A stretch of 32,000 nucleotides of DNA from Methanobrevibacter ruminantium M1 (GTDB lineage Archaea; Methanobacteriota; Methanobacteria; Methanobacteriales; Methanobacteriaceae), in NCBI RefSeq assembly GCF_000024185.1, contig NC_013790.1:2709613-2741612 (forward strand). Reading direction: 5' to 3'. The notes beneath the pieces were generated by a model. That model did no database searches. It saw nothing but the letters and a program-made list of their open reading frames with translations, and was not told the DNA's origin. The stretch's first letter is position 1, and each line of letters opens with the position of its first letter. Of this stretch, positions 24,464 through 32,000 are shown one piece after another. The position numbers and the translations under genes are program-made.

Positions 24464-24720
24464 TACAACTTTCACACTCTCACATCAATTTTACGAAATG
24501 ACAACAATTTCACACGACGAAGTCAATTTCACATTTTAATACAACTTTCACACGATGACATCAATTTTACGAAATGACAACAATTTCACACTTTCGTACA
24601 ACTTTCACACGATGACATCAATTTTACGAAATGACAACAATTTCACACTTTCGTACAACTTTCACACGATGACATCAATTTAACACTATGAAGTCAATTT
24701 TACGAAATGAAATCAATTTT
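24464..24720. repeat. Array of 14 copies of a ~19-bp motif, organised as 57-bp higher-order units
   Basis: The core CAAYTT(T)YAC recurs at 24467, 24486, 24505, 24524, 24542, 24562, 24581, 24599, 24619, 24638, 24656, 24676, 24695 and 24714, with spacing of 18-20 bp. Units 24540-24596 and 24597-24653 are identical 57-mers (tacaactttcacacgatgacatcaattttacgaaatgacaacaatttcacactttcg). The flanking copies are degenerate. Confidence 0.9.
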
Positions 24721-24911
24721 GATGTAAAAGTGTTAAAGAAGCAATATAAATACTTTATATTTAATATAAAGACTATTAAATGCTCTAAAAAGCAAAATAT
24801 TTATATATCTGTTCGTTCATACCTTTAACTACACCCCCAAAAATAGGGATGCCTAGGTGAAATAAAATTTCTTGCAAAAAAATAGGGGAAAAATATAAAC
24901 GAGCAGATACT

Positions 24912-25883
24912 ATGAAACGACCCAAAAAAATGTACAATCCAGAGGACATGTTTATAAAAAGAAGCAATACATACCTTGGAAGAGTAATGCATAGTTTTCT
25001 TAAACTCCCAGGCAGATATGTAAACAGCAGAACAAACCAATATCCTGACTTTTTTGGAAAGGAAAGAAAAACTGATGCAACTATATTAGTTGATTTGGAA
25101 TTAGAAATGGAAGAATCTGAAGTTCTAGAAAGCTCATATGAAGTTTTTGTAAGTGAAAAGGAAACTGAAGAGATCCCTCAATTAGCAGAATGCCTCCACA
25201 ATGAAAAAGGAAAAATGATTATCGACATTGAAGATGAAAGTTCAAAAGTAGATAAACAGACTTTAGCAAAAGATTTTGAATATAATTATATCATTCATTA
25301 TGAATCAGGATTACCAGTTTATTCTGTCATAACAACCCCTATTCCATTAAAAAGATGTAAGACATGTTACATATCTGGAAATACCGTCTTTAAGCCAATT
25401 ATAAAATCTTATGATGAAATGGATGGTGAAGCTAAATTAAAAGAATTTCAAGAAAAATATGAAAGAGGAGAATATTTTTCTGATTTGGAAGGGTATGAAC
25501 TAATCAGCATCCCTAGAATGTATGGTGAAAAAGGAAATGAGGTCATTGAAGAAGTTTGCATCCTATTTAATAAAATAAAAATGAAAAATGGAAGAGTGAA
25601 AATACAATTAGCAAGATGTTTAGACTGCCTTATAAACAAATATGGCGGAACATTAGAAGAAATAAATCGCTTAGAAGGACTGATAAACATGACAAAACTA
25701 ATAAATCTAGAAAAAGAATATGAAGATAGACTAAGACAAGAAGGAGAAGAAAAAGGAAGACAAAAAGGAAGACAAGAAGGAAGACTAGAAGGAAAACTAG
25801 AACTAGCAAGACAATTTGTTGAAGAACTAGGTGTGGATAAAGTTTCCAAGATTTCTAAAATTGAAAAAAATCTTTTACTATAA
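24912..25883 (+). CDS. PD-(D/E)XK nuclease / Rpn-family-like putative transposase
   Basis: 323-aa ORF. The N-terminal half has a PD-(D/E)XK-like pattern: KTDATILVD ... MIIDIEDESSK (~25215-25250), then YNYIIHYESGLPVYSVITTPIP. The C-terminal EEKGRQ(K/E)G...LELARQFVEELG tail resembles the charged repeat plus helical tail seen at the C-terminus of Rpn/TIGR01784-type proteins. The assignment is by motif resemblance only. Confidence 0.55.
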   Translation: MKRPKKMYNPEDMFIKRSNTYLGRVMHSFLKLPGRYVNSRTNQYPDFFGKERKTDATILVDLELEMEESEVLESSYEVFVSEKETEEIPQLAECLHNEKGKMIIDIEDESSKVDKQTLAKDFEYNYIIHYESGLPVYSVITTPIPLKRCKTCYISGNTVFKPIIKSYDEMDGEAKLKEFQEKYERGEYFSDLEGYELISIPRMYGEKGNEVIEEVCILFNKIKMKNGRVKIQLARCLDCLINKYGGTLEEINRLEGLINMTKLINLEKEYEDRLRQEGEEKGRQKGRQEGRLEGKLELARQFVEELGVDKVSKISKIEKNLLL

Positions 25884-25944
25884 CTTCCCTCCAAGAAAAA
25901 ACTCAAATTATCCTTGCTATTTTAACAGTTTAATAAGTTTTAAC

Positions 25945-26352
25945 CAGAAGAGATATTTTTCTGATGTAGAAGGGTATGAACTAATCAGCATCCCTAGAAT
26001 GTATGGCCAAAAAGGAAATGAAGTCATTGAAGAAGTTTGCATCCTATTTAATAAAATAAAAATGAAAAATGGAAGAGTGAAAATACAATTAGCAAGATGT
26101 TTAGACTGCCTTATAAACAAATATGGCGGAACATTAGAAGAAATAAATCGCTTAGAAGGACTGATAAACATGACAAAACTAATAAATCTAGAAAAAGAAT
26201 ATGAAGATAGACTAAGACAAGAAGGAGAAGAAAAAGGAAGACAAGAAGGAAAACTAGAACTAGCAAGGAAACTTGTTAAAGAATATGGTGTAGATGAAGT
26301 TGTAAGAATAAGTGGCTTAAGCAAAGAAAAAATATTAAATGAAAAAAATTAG
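25945..26352 (+). pseudogene. 5'-truncated tandem copy of the 3' half of the Rpn-like gene
   Basis: Region ~25945-26295 duplicates ~25465-25835 at an offset of 481 bp. Positions 25542-25763 appear base-identical to 26023-26244 (222 bp). A 24-bp indel falls in the GRQ/EGK repeat, and the last ~25 codons diverge. The copy lacks the nuclease half. The ORF-track N-terminus (25831-25950) is an out-of-frame overlap and probably not real. Confidence 0.5.
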
Positions 26353-26410
26353 AGAATTAATCCTCTAAAAGGATTAAACCCCTCATTTAGACAAAAACAA
26401 AAAAATTAGA

Positions 26411-27646
26411 CTATTCAAAGTCCAATAAATCCTCTATATCATTATAAATTACCCTTAATCCACACATTGAAGGGACATAATTGGCTGCCTTTGCAGAGTT
26501 AACTCCAATCACTTCATAGCCCATCTGTTCGATAGGAGCAACTACCATACATGTATCACAGCAGATCTTACCACCTGCCTTTTCAATTGTCTCAAGATAG
26601 CCTAAACGTTTAGCAGCCTCTTTAATATTAATTGAAGTGCAGACCCAAAGCTCATTTTTAATTTTTTTACCCTTAACTATCTCAGCAACTTCCTTTACCT
26701 CTTCAAGGGAAGCATGCGGACAGCCTAAGCAAACCAAATCTGCATAGCCATCTGCAGTGGATAATTTCTCTCTAGTACTTACTATATCATCCTTAGTGAT
26801 TGTAATCTTATTCTCCACATCATCAATAGCTGCATTTGCAAATTCCGGAGTGACATCTTCCACATGGTAAAGTGCTACGGCACCACTTGAAGCAAGTGCT
26901 GCGCCAAGTGCCTTTAGATTGCCATTGGATACCTCATAAGGTTTGTTTTGCATTTTAAAATAAGGAATTCCATCTTTAACTATCTGACCTACTGCATAGC
27001 CTAAAGCGCCAAAGTCGGCTCTCTCAAGCTCTGATTCCACTTCAACAAGAAGATTGGCCTTTCTATTTTCCTCTAAATGGAAGCCATATAAAGGAGTTTT
27101 TCCCACAATAGCTGCAGCAAGCGCCCCAGGACCTCCTTCACGATTGGTTCGAGCCCCAATAACAGAATTGACATAAGCCACAGCAGATGATTCAGACCAG
27201 GAAACATGATCTCCAAACCTTGGAACATTTCCAATGAGATATGGAGTGCAGGTACAGGTTGTGCTTATTCCTAGAGCTCCATATGCATTGCAGATATCTA
27301 CTTGCTTTCGAGCAAAATCAGCTGGAAAACCAAAGTCCTCCCAGTTGTCAAGGTCAGTTCCAGCAGGATTAAGTGTAGCAGAGATTGTTGCTATCCCGCT
27401 TTTATCGCTGATTGTGCCATTTTCATTATATATGATTTCAGAAGTGCTTGCAAGGTCTTCAAGGTATTCAAGTCCGGCTTGACCTATAGTCTTATAGGAC
27501 ACTCCAGAGACCTGCGCAGACTTAATGTCTACGAACTTCTCGGCACCATAAATGTCTCCTAAAGCAATAAGTATGTCCATGCTTTTTCTAATGGTCTCTC
27601 CATATTCTCCATTAGCCATCTTTTCTTCTTCATTAGTTAAAAACAT
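26411..27646 (-). CDS. Aconitase X catalytic subunit (DUF521); probable phosphomevalonate dehydratase large subunit of the archaeal modified mevalonate pathway
   Basis: 411-aa ORF with the family-typical N-terminus [17 protein letters not shown]. Cys-containing segments CLGCPHAS and ICCDTCMVV are consistent with Fe-S ligation. GAGG lies 6 nt upstream of the ATG. Confidence 0.8.
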   Translation of the reverse strand: MFLTNEEEKMANGEYGETIRKSMDILIALGDIYGAEKFVDIKSAQVSGVSYKTIGQAGLEYLEDLASTSEIIYNENGTISDKSGIATISATLNPAGTDLDNWEDFGFPADFARKQVDICNAYGALGISTTCTCTPYLIGNVPRFGDHVSWSESSAVAYVNSVIGARTNREGGPGALAAAIVGKTPLYGFHLEENRKANLLVEVESELERADFGALGYAVGQIVKDGIPYFKMQNKPYEVSNGNLKALGAALASSGAVALYHVEDVTPEFANAAIDDVENKITITKDDIVSTREKLSTADGYADLVCLGCPHASLEEVKEVAEIVKGKKIKNELWVCTSINIKEAAKRLGYLETIEKAGGKICCDTCMVVAPIEQMGYEVIGVNSAKAANYVPSMCGLRVIYNDIEDLLDFE

Positions 27647-27679
27647 AAAATTCCTCGTGTTTTATGAATAAAATCATAA

Positions 27680-27795
27680 GTATTTAGTCCAAATAGTTAA
27701 AATAAAATGTATTTACTCCTAAGAGTTAAAATTAAGGGTATTTACCCCCAATAATTAAAATTAAGGGCATTTGTACCATATATGTAATAAAATTT
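27680..27795. repeat. 29-bp tandem repeat x4 in the cysK-acnX intergenic region
   Basis: Copy 1, 27680-27708: gtatttagtccaaatagttaaaataaaat. Copy 2, 27709-27737: gtatttactcctaagagttaaaattaagg. Copy 3, 27738-27766: gtatttacccccaataattaaaattaagg. Copy 4, 27767-27795: gcatttgtaccatatatgtaataaaattt, which is degenerate. Confidence 0.8.
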
Positions 27796-27836
27796 TTAGT
27801 CCAGCTTTTACGTCTCAAAGGGCCGTTAAAAGTGAT

Positions 27837-28796
27837 TTAGACCACTTCAAAATCAATAATATTAATCTTATTAGAAATCAATTCAGGATTTTCATCAATC
27901 GGCTCAGACAATTTAGTAGTTATGTACTTCTTATTGTCATCTGGAAATACTGTAGCAATCTTCAAGTCATCATTATCCATTATGACGCTTGCCAAGAAGT
28001 TAGCTCCGCTTGAGATTCCAATTCCTAAACCAAGCTTCTGTGCAATTATCTTTGACATATTGATTGCATCGCAGTCATGTATTAAGACAATATCATCAAT
28101 TACGTCCTCATCAACGATTCCCGGAATGAAATCATCTCCGATTCCTTCAATAAGGTGACTGCCTTCATCCATACCCATTTTAAGAATGGATAATGTACTT
28201 GGCTCCAATGCAAATACTTTAGATTCTGGATTATAATCCTTTAATCTTTTGCCTATTCCCATAAGAGTTCCGCCAGTTCCTATTCCTGAAACAAAGGCAT
28301 TTACATCTGGAAGATCATCAATGATCTCTTGGCCTGTAGTTTCATATTGGGCTTCCACATTAAGTTCATTGTCAAACTGAAGAGGCTTATATGCACCGAT
28401 TTCATCTGCAAAGTCATCTACAAGCTCAAGAGCCTTCTTGAATCCTCCGTCCTCTTTTGAGACAAGATGAACTTCAGCTCCATACATTTGAATAAGCTTT
28501 CTTCTCTCAAGAGAGACCCAATCAGGCATGAATATGTGAACCTCATGGCCAAATAGCGCACCGATTGCACTGAATGCTATTCCAGTATTACCGCTAGTAA
28601 CCTCTATAATCGCTTGGCCATCCTTAAGATTGCCTCTTTCCTTTTCTTTTTCAATGATATATAATGCTATCCTATCCTTTATGCTTCCAGAATAGTTGTA
28701 AAATTCAAGTTTAGTATAAATACTGCCAGTTTTTCCTTCGTATTCATAATCAATCCTAATCATTGGTGTATTTCCAACTAGTTTTCCAATATCCAT
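27837..28796 (-). CDS. cysK: PLP-dependent cysteine synthase family protein (O-acetylserine/O-phosphoserine sulfhydrylase type)
   Basis: 319-aa ORF. PLP-lysine motif SGSIKDR (~28670-28700), TSGNTGIA, and the phosphate-binding loop GIGTGGTLMG. Substrate specificity (CysK, CysM or CBS-like) cannot be decided from sequence alone. Confidence 0.85.
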   Translation of the reverse strand: MDIGKLVGNTPMIRIDYEYEGKTGSIYTKLEFYNYSGSIKDRIALYIIEKEKERGNLKDGQAIIEVTSGNTGIAFSAIGALFGHEVHIFMPDWVSLERRKLIQMYGAEVHLVSKEDGGFKKALELVDDFADEIGAYKPLQFDNELNVEAQYETTGQEIIDDLPDVNAFVSGIGTGGTLMGIGKRLKDYNPESKVFALEPSTLSILKMGMDEGSHLIEGIGDDFIPGIVDEDVIDDIVLIHDCDAINMSKIIAQKLGLGIGISSGANFLASVIMDNDDLKIATVFPDDNKKYITTKLSEPIDENPELISNKINIIDFEVV

Positions 28797-29087
28797 AACA
28801 TTACTTCCAGTATCTAATAAAAAAAAAATAATCTTAATAAATCGATAATAATTAAATATCTAATATTATAATTTATGCATTTTGATTATAAAATACTTTA
28901 TTATAATTCGAGTTTTTTACTTGGAAATTTTAATTGCACTACTATTTTTATGGTTGAATATAAGAGCATTTTTACACATGCTTAAACAATTTTGACAATT
29001 ATAATCTTTTAAAAAAGTTTAATCTATAAGTAAAACTATTGCTAAAATGATAAAAGTTTAAAGTATAAATAAAACTAAAAAAATAGA

Positions 29088-29201
29088 CAAATTAACTAAA
29101 TAAAAACTATCAAAGCTTAAAAACCATTAAAATATAAAAATAAGCAAATTAACTGAATAAAAACTATCAAAGCTTAAAAACTATTAAAATATAAAAATAG
29201 A
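29088..29201. repeat. 57-bp tandem repeat x2 between recJ stop and cysK start
   Basis: 29088-29144 vs 29145-29201 are ~54/57 identical (caaattaact[a/g]aataaaaactatcaaagcttaaaaac[c/t]attaaaatataaaaata). On the minus strand the repeat carries several T4-T5 tracts. Confidence 0.7.
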
Positions 29202-29276
29202 TGAAATAAATAACTAAAACGATAAAAAAAATCTTAAAAGTCATTAAAAAAAGAAATAGCTAAGGGAATTGCTTAA

Positions 29277-30698
29277 CTATTGCAATTGATCTTCAACTAT
29301 CTGATCAAGCAAATGTAAGAAATTATCCTTAGCCTCATAAGGTATCATAGCACCTGCAGCGATGTCATGACCTCCTCCTTGTCCGCCAAAGTTAACAGAG
29401 GCATCAGCTAAAGCCTTGCCTAAATTAACTCCACGTGCAACAAGGAATCTGGTTGCTCTTCCAGAGACTTTTATATCATTATGAAGTCTGGACAAGCCAA
29501 TGACAGGTTTTTCATCGCTTAGAATCTTAGCTGACATTCCAACTCCTGCTATTGTACCCATTATGCTTTTTAAAACTTTATCTTCGCTATAAAGATACTG
29601 GATACTGCCCAATTGCTGAGCGCCTTCACGGCTGATCCATTCAAAACCTTTGGTAAGGTCTTCCCTATATCTCTTTTGAAGTTTTAAAGCCTCGTCAAGA
29701 GATTTTTCTCTTTCGCCTAAAATTATGCTTAAGGCCAAGCCATACTCCTTGTTCTTTCCACAGGCATCAAGAATTGATGAATACTCTTCCAGATCCCTTA
29801 AAACAGGATGTTCGCTTGGAACACTGTAAACGTCACCAAATATCTGTGGATTGACCTTTACAAGCTCATCCTTAACAACATCCTTTTCCTCATCTTCCAA
29901 ATCCAAGAAGCTTATGCCATATGAAACCCCCATTTTCTCAAGGAGCTCTTGAGAGTTATCCAATCTGCCAGTTAATCCTGGCAAAGCAGGGTTCAAGGTA
30001 TAAGCAATTGATTTGTATAGAGGCTCTTGGGCCTTGGAAACAATTTTTAAGTCCTCATGAAGTTCCAAGTTTCCAGCTTCTTGGCCGTCCTTTAAGATTA
30101 GTTGATTTATGCCTGTAAATCTATTGGCACATTGCATATCACCAAAAGCACCGATAAGCGCCATATAAGCCAAATGCTTCTTGTTCATATTTCTAACCAC
30201 TAAATAGCTAGAGCCTGCTCCGCTTAAATGGCGACTTCCGTCGATTCCAAATAAGTGAGGGTTAACATGAATGAGATTATCCTTTGGCTCGTGCTCGCTT
30301 GGCTGGTGGTGATCTGCTACAATCACATCAGATTTAAGACGATTGAGCTGCTTGATACAAGCGCTTCCCATATCTGAGAAAACATATAATTCATATTTTT
30401 CCTTAGATACGTCTCTGATAACGTCCGGCTTTAATCTAGGAACAATAGTTATGTGAAACTGTCCGCCTTCTTCCTTAATGGCGTTTGCTATAACACCTGC
30501 TGCTGACAATCCGTCAGCATCATTATGAGAAATTAATCTAATAATGTCTTCATTTTCGATATGCTTCTTAAGCATATCACATGCAACACCTGCCCTATAC
30601 AATAGAGCATTTTCTTCATCACTAGATTTATTTGACGAGAAGTGCTGCTTTTGTTGGATCGTATCTCCATCCTTCTGGTAATTGGCCATTTGCCGCAT
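29277..30698 (-). CDS. recJ: Archaeal RecJ-like DHH/DHHA1 phosphoesterase (GAN/Cdc45-type nuclease)
   Basis: 473-aa ORF. DHH-family motifs SHNDADG, FSDMG and VADHHQP, plus the DHHA1 motif [12 protein letters not shown]. The conserved helix before motif I ([20 protein letters not shown]) begins near codon 28. Codons 5-31 contain no ATG/GTG/TTG, so the start must be ATG 30698 (AGGT 7 nt upstream) or ATG 30689. Confidence 0.8.
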   Translation of the reverse strand: MRQMANYQKDGDTIQQKQHFSSNKSSDEENALLYRAGVACDMLKKHIENEDIIRLISHNDADGLSAAGVIANAIKEEGGQFHITIVPRLKPDVIRDVSKEKYELYVFSDMGSACIKQLNRLKSDVIVADHHQPSEHEPKDNLIHVNPHLFGIDGSRHLSGAGSSYLVVRNMNKKHLAYMALIGAFGDMQCANRFTGINQLILKDGQEAGNLELHEDLKIVSKAQEPLYKSIAYTLNPALPGLTGRLDNSQELLEKMGVSYGISFLDLEDEEKDVVKDELVKVNPQIFGDVYSVPSEHPVLRDLEEYSSILDACGKNKEYGLALSIILGEREKSLDEALKLQKRYREDLTKGFEWISREGAQQLGSIQYLYSEDKVLKSIMGTIAGVGMSAKILSDEKPVIGLSRLHNDIKVSGRATRFLVARGVNLGKALADASVNFGGQGGGHDIAAGAMIPYEAKDNFLHLLDQIVEDQLQ

Positions 30699-31026
30699 AG
30701 TATCTACCTAATCTACGAATTCTAGATTCAATGATAGTTAATCCTCTTCTACCATGAAGGTCTTTTGGGTTTTCTTCTAAATGATCTCTGATATTTACTG
30801 CTCTTCTAATTAAGTTCATTAAATCTTCAGGATATTCATCTGCATGTCCGTTTCTTCTTAAGATTTCAGTGATCTTCTCACCGGTTACTTCCTTAACGCT
30901 AGGAATTCCGTATTGGTCTCTTAAGATAATACCAATTTGACTTGCAGTTTTACCTTCTCTTTTAAACTTAACAATAAATTCTTCGATTTCTTCATTAGAA
31001 TACATAATCCAATCTGGTCTTGCCAT
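30628..31026 (-). CDS. rps15: 30S ribosomal protein uS15 (S15P/S13e)
   Basis: [45 protein letters not shown] is a typical archaeal S15 N-terminus. I moved the start from TTG 31041 to ATG 31026, because GGAGAGGA lies 5 nt upstream. The product is 132 aa. Confidence 0.9.
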   Translation of the reverse strand: MARPDWIMYSNEEIEEFIVKFKREGKTASQIGIILRDQYGIPSVKEVTGEKITEILRRNGHADEYPEDLMNLIRRAVNIRDHLEENPKDLHGRRGLTIIESRIRRLGRYYAANGQLPEGWRYDPTKAALLVK

Positions 31027-31274
31027 AAATATCCTCTCCAATAAGTTTTTTGATTATTTATAGTAAGGTCTTTTTAAAACTCCTTAAAAAAATTAATTAA
31101 TGAGTAAAATGAGAAACAACTTTTATTTTAAAAAATCAACCTTTTGACTAAGCAAAATAACTTAATGACTATTCAAATCCTTTCATATACCATAGTTGAA
31201 CCATAGATTAGATTGGAATTTAAAAAATCCTAGATTAAATTATCTTTGTCAAATGACAATTTAGAAAAAATTAA

Positions 31275-31348
31275 AAAATTATTCATCATCTTGGCCTAGA
31301 TAGCAAATGATAAAATTATTCATCATCTTGGCTTACATACCAATTGAT
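31275..31348. repeat. 37-bp tandem duplication spanning the stop codon of the ITPase gene
   Basis: 31275-31311 (aaaattattcatcatcttggcctagatagcaaatgat) vs 31312-31348 (aaaattattcatcatcttggcttacataccaattgat) are 33/37 identical. The first 21 nt are identical. Confidence 0.8.
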
Positions 31349-31873
31349 AAATTTCTCTAAAGAGTTTCTTCTATGTGAAAACTGATTTTTCTCTTCAGTA
31401 GTAAGCTCTCCAAAGGTCTTGCCCTCTTCCGGCACTAAAAATATCGGATCAAAAGCAAAGCCTAGATTGCCTCTTTCTTCATGAGCGATTTGACCTTTGA
31501 CACGCCCTAAAAAGACCTTGGGCTCAGAATTGGGAGCGCAATACCCAATAACTGACCTGAATTCAGCGTATCTATCGTCAATTCCATCCATAAGTTTTAA
31601 AATATTTTCATTTCCAAGTGAATCTTGCACATAAGATGAATAAGTTCCTGGAAAACCGTTTAAAGCTCTTATGAATAAACCAGCATCTTCCACAATCACA
31701 GGTCTATTTAATTCTTGGCAAGCATATTTTGCACCAAATTTAGAAACATCCTCAAGGGTTCCTTGAGGTTCCATGTAACCTAAATCAATATGCTCGAGTT
31801 TAACACCAAAAATTTGAAAAATATTCTCTGCTTCTATTACTTTATGTTCGTTCCCAGTTATAAATGTTATCAT
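31316..31873 (-). CDS. Non-canonical purine NTP pyrophosphatase (HAM1/RdgB/ITPase family)
   Basis: 185-aa ORF with family motifs ITGNEHK at the N-terminus, VEDAGL, GFPG.YS, FAFDPIF and FSHR near the C-terminus. Confidence 0.85.
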   Translation of the reverse strand: MITFITGNEHKVIEAENIFQIFGVKLEHIDLGYMEPQGTLEDVSKFGAKYACQELNRPVIVEDAGLFIRALNGFPGTYSSYVQDSLGNENILKLMDGIDDRYAEFRSVIGYCAPNSEPKVFLGRVKGQIAHEERGNLGFAFDPIFLVPEEGKTFGELTTEEKNQFSHRRNSLEKFINWYVSQDDE

Positions 31874-32000
31874 AGTTTTAATTATATGAAAATGTTTTAA
31901 TAAATTTATCTAATCAGATAAAAAACATGAAACGATTTTTTAAAAAGAATGAAAAAAAGATAAAAATTATTTAAAATAGAAAAATAAAGGCTTATTAACC

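Noticed and set aside
24500-24650. The 13-mer aacaatttcacac matches the lac operator / M13-reverse region of cloning vectors
   Set aside because: Only the short core matches and no flanking vector sequence (ggataa..., ...aggaaacagct) is present. It is a coincidence of an AT-rich repeat, not contamination.
24555-24683. 43-codon ORF running through the 57-bp units (MTSILRNDNNFTLSYNFHT...)
   Set aside because: The frame is open only because 57 is a multiple of 3. There is no ribosome-binding site, it ends inside the third unit, and the other frames and strand are full of stops.
24464-24720. Possible CRISPR array
   Set aside because: The repeats are contiguous (19-bp motif, 57-bp unit) with no unique spacers. 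There is no palindromic CRISPR-like repeat, and no cas genes are in the window.
24464-24720. Chromosomal replication origin (ORB / mini-ORB cluster)
   Set aside because: No orc1/cdc6 gene is adjacent, and the motif does not match the ORB consensus as far as I remember it. I keep this as one hypothesis under the finding but do not call it as a feature.
24785-25040. Two minus-strand ORFs (60 and 71 aa) overlapping the 5' end of the Rpn-like gene
   Set aside because: No recognisable motifs or RBS. They overlap the better-supported plus-strand gene and its putative promoter (TTTATATA at 24800-24807).
25448-26324. Minus-strand ORFs of 152 and 135 aa (Ser/Pro/Leu/Phe-rich)
   Set aside because: They are antisense to the Glu/Lys/Gly-rich Rpn-like coding sequence and its duplicate. 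They are duplicated only because the sense strand is duplicated, and they are low complexity.
26357-26377. Hairpin ttaatcc-N7-ggattaa between the convergent Rpn fragment and acnX as a bidirectional terminator
   Set aside because: It has only a 7-bp AT-rich stem with a 7-nt loop and no adjacent strong T tract on either strand. That is too weak to call.
27234-28158. Plus-strand ORFs (78-86 aa) antisense to acnX and cysK, and ORF 27771..28013
   Set aside because: They overlap well-supported minus-strand genes or the repeat-filled spacer. No RBS or motif support.
29921-30118. 65-aa plus-strand ORF inside recJ
   Set aside because: Antisense shadow with no supporting signals.
31246-31259. Small palindrome TTGTCAaaTGACAA downstream of the ITPase gene as an operator site
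   Set aside because: It is a single 6-bp-arm palindrome in AT-rich DNA, expected by chance, with no repeated partner site.

Overview
This is an AT-rich archaeal chromosomal segment. The gene content points to a pseudomurein-walled methanogen of the Methanobacteriales (Methanobrevibacter/Methanosphaera-like); that call is inference from gene content, not a database hit. Supporting genes are the Hef helicase-nuclease, uS15 overlapping a RecJ/GAN-type DHH nuclease, TrmI, an aconitase-X large subunit, two Mur-ligase paralogues and a giant Pmp-repeat adhesin-like protein. I call 11 confident CDS, 10 of them on the minus strand. About 47% of the window (4179-19379) is one uninterrupted ORF encoding a ~5,066-aa secreted protein. 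It has six parallel beta-helix modules and a long Ig-like array, with mosaic near-identical internal repeats. The only plus-strand coding lies in a 2.3-kb accessory islet (24056-26410). The islet holds an array of 14 copies of a ~19-bp motif (organised as 57-bp units), a PD-(D/E)XK/Rpn-like putative transposase gene, and a tandem, 5'-truncated copy of that gene's 3' half. I saw no tRNA/rRNA, CRISPR array, recognisable defence operon or prophage, and I cannot point to a clearly novel multi-gene system. The best candidates for a second look are the repeat array plus Rpn-like islet, the giant surface protein (module homogenisation, basic C-terminal tail), a Mur-ligase paralogue with a Cys4 insertion, tandem repeats in the acnX promoter region, and the uS15/recJ overlap. 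All coordinates for motifs, domains and repeats were read by eye and are approximate to a few nt. Identity percentages are visual estimates.
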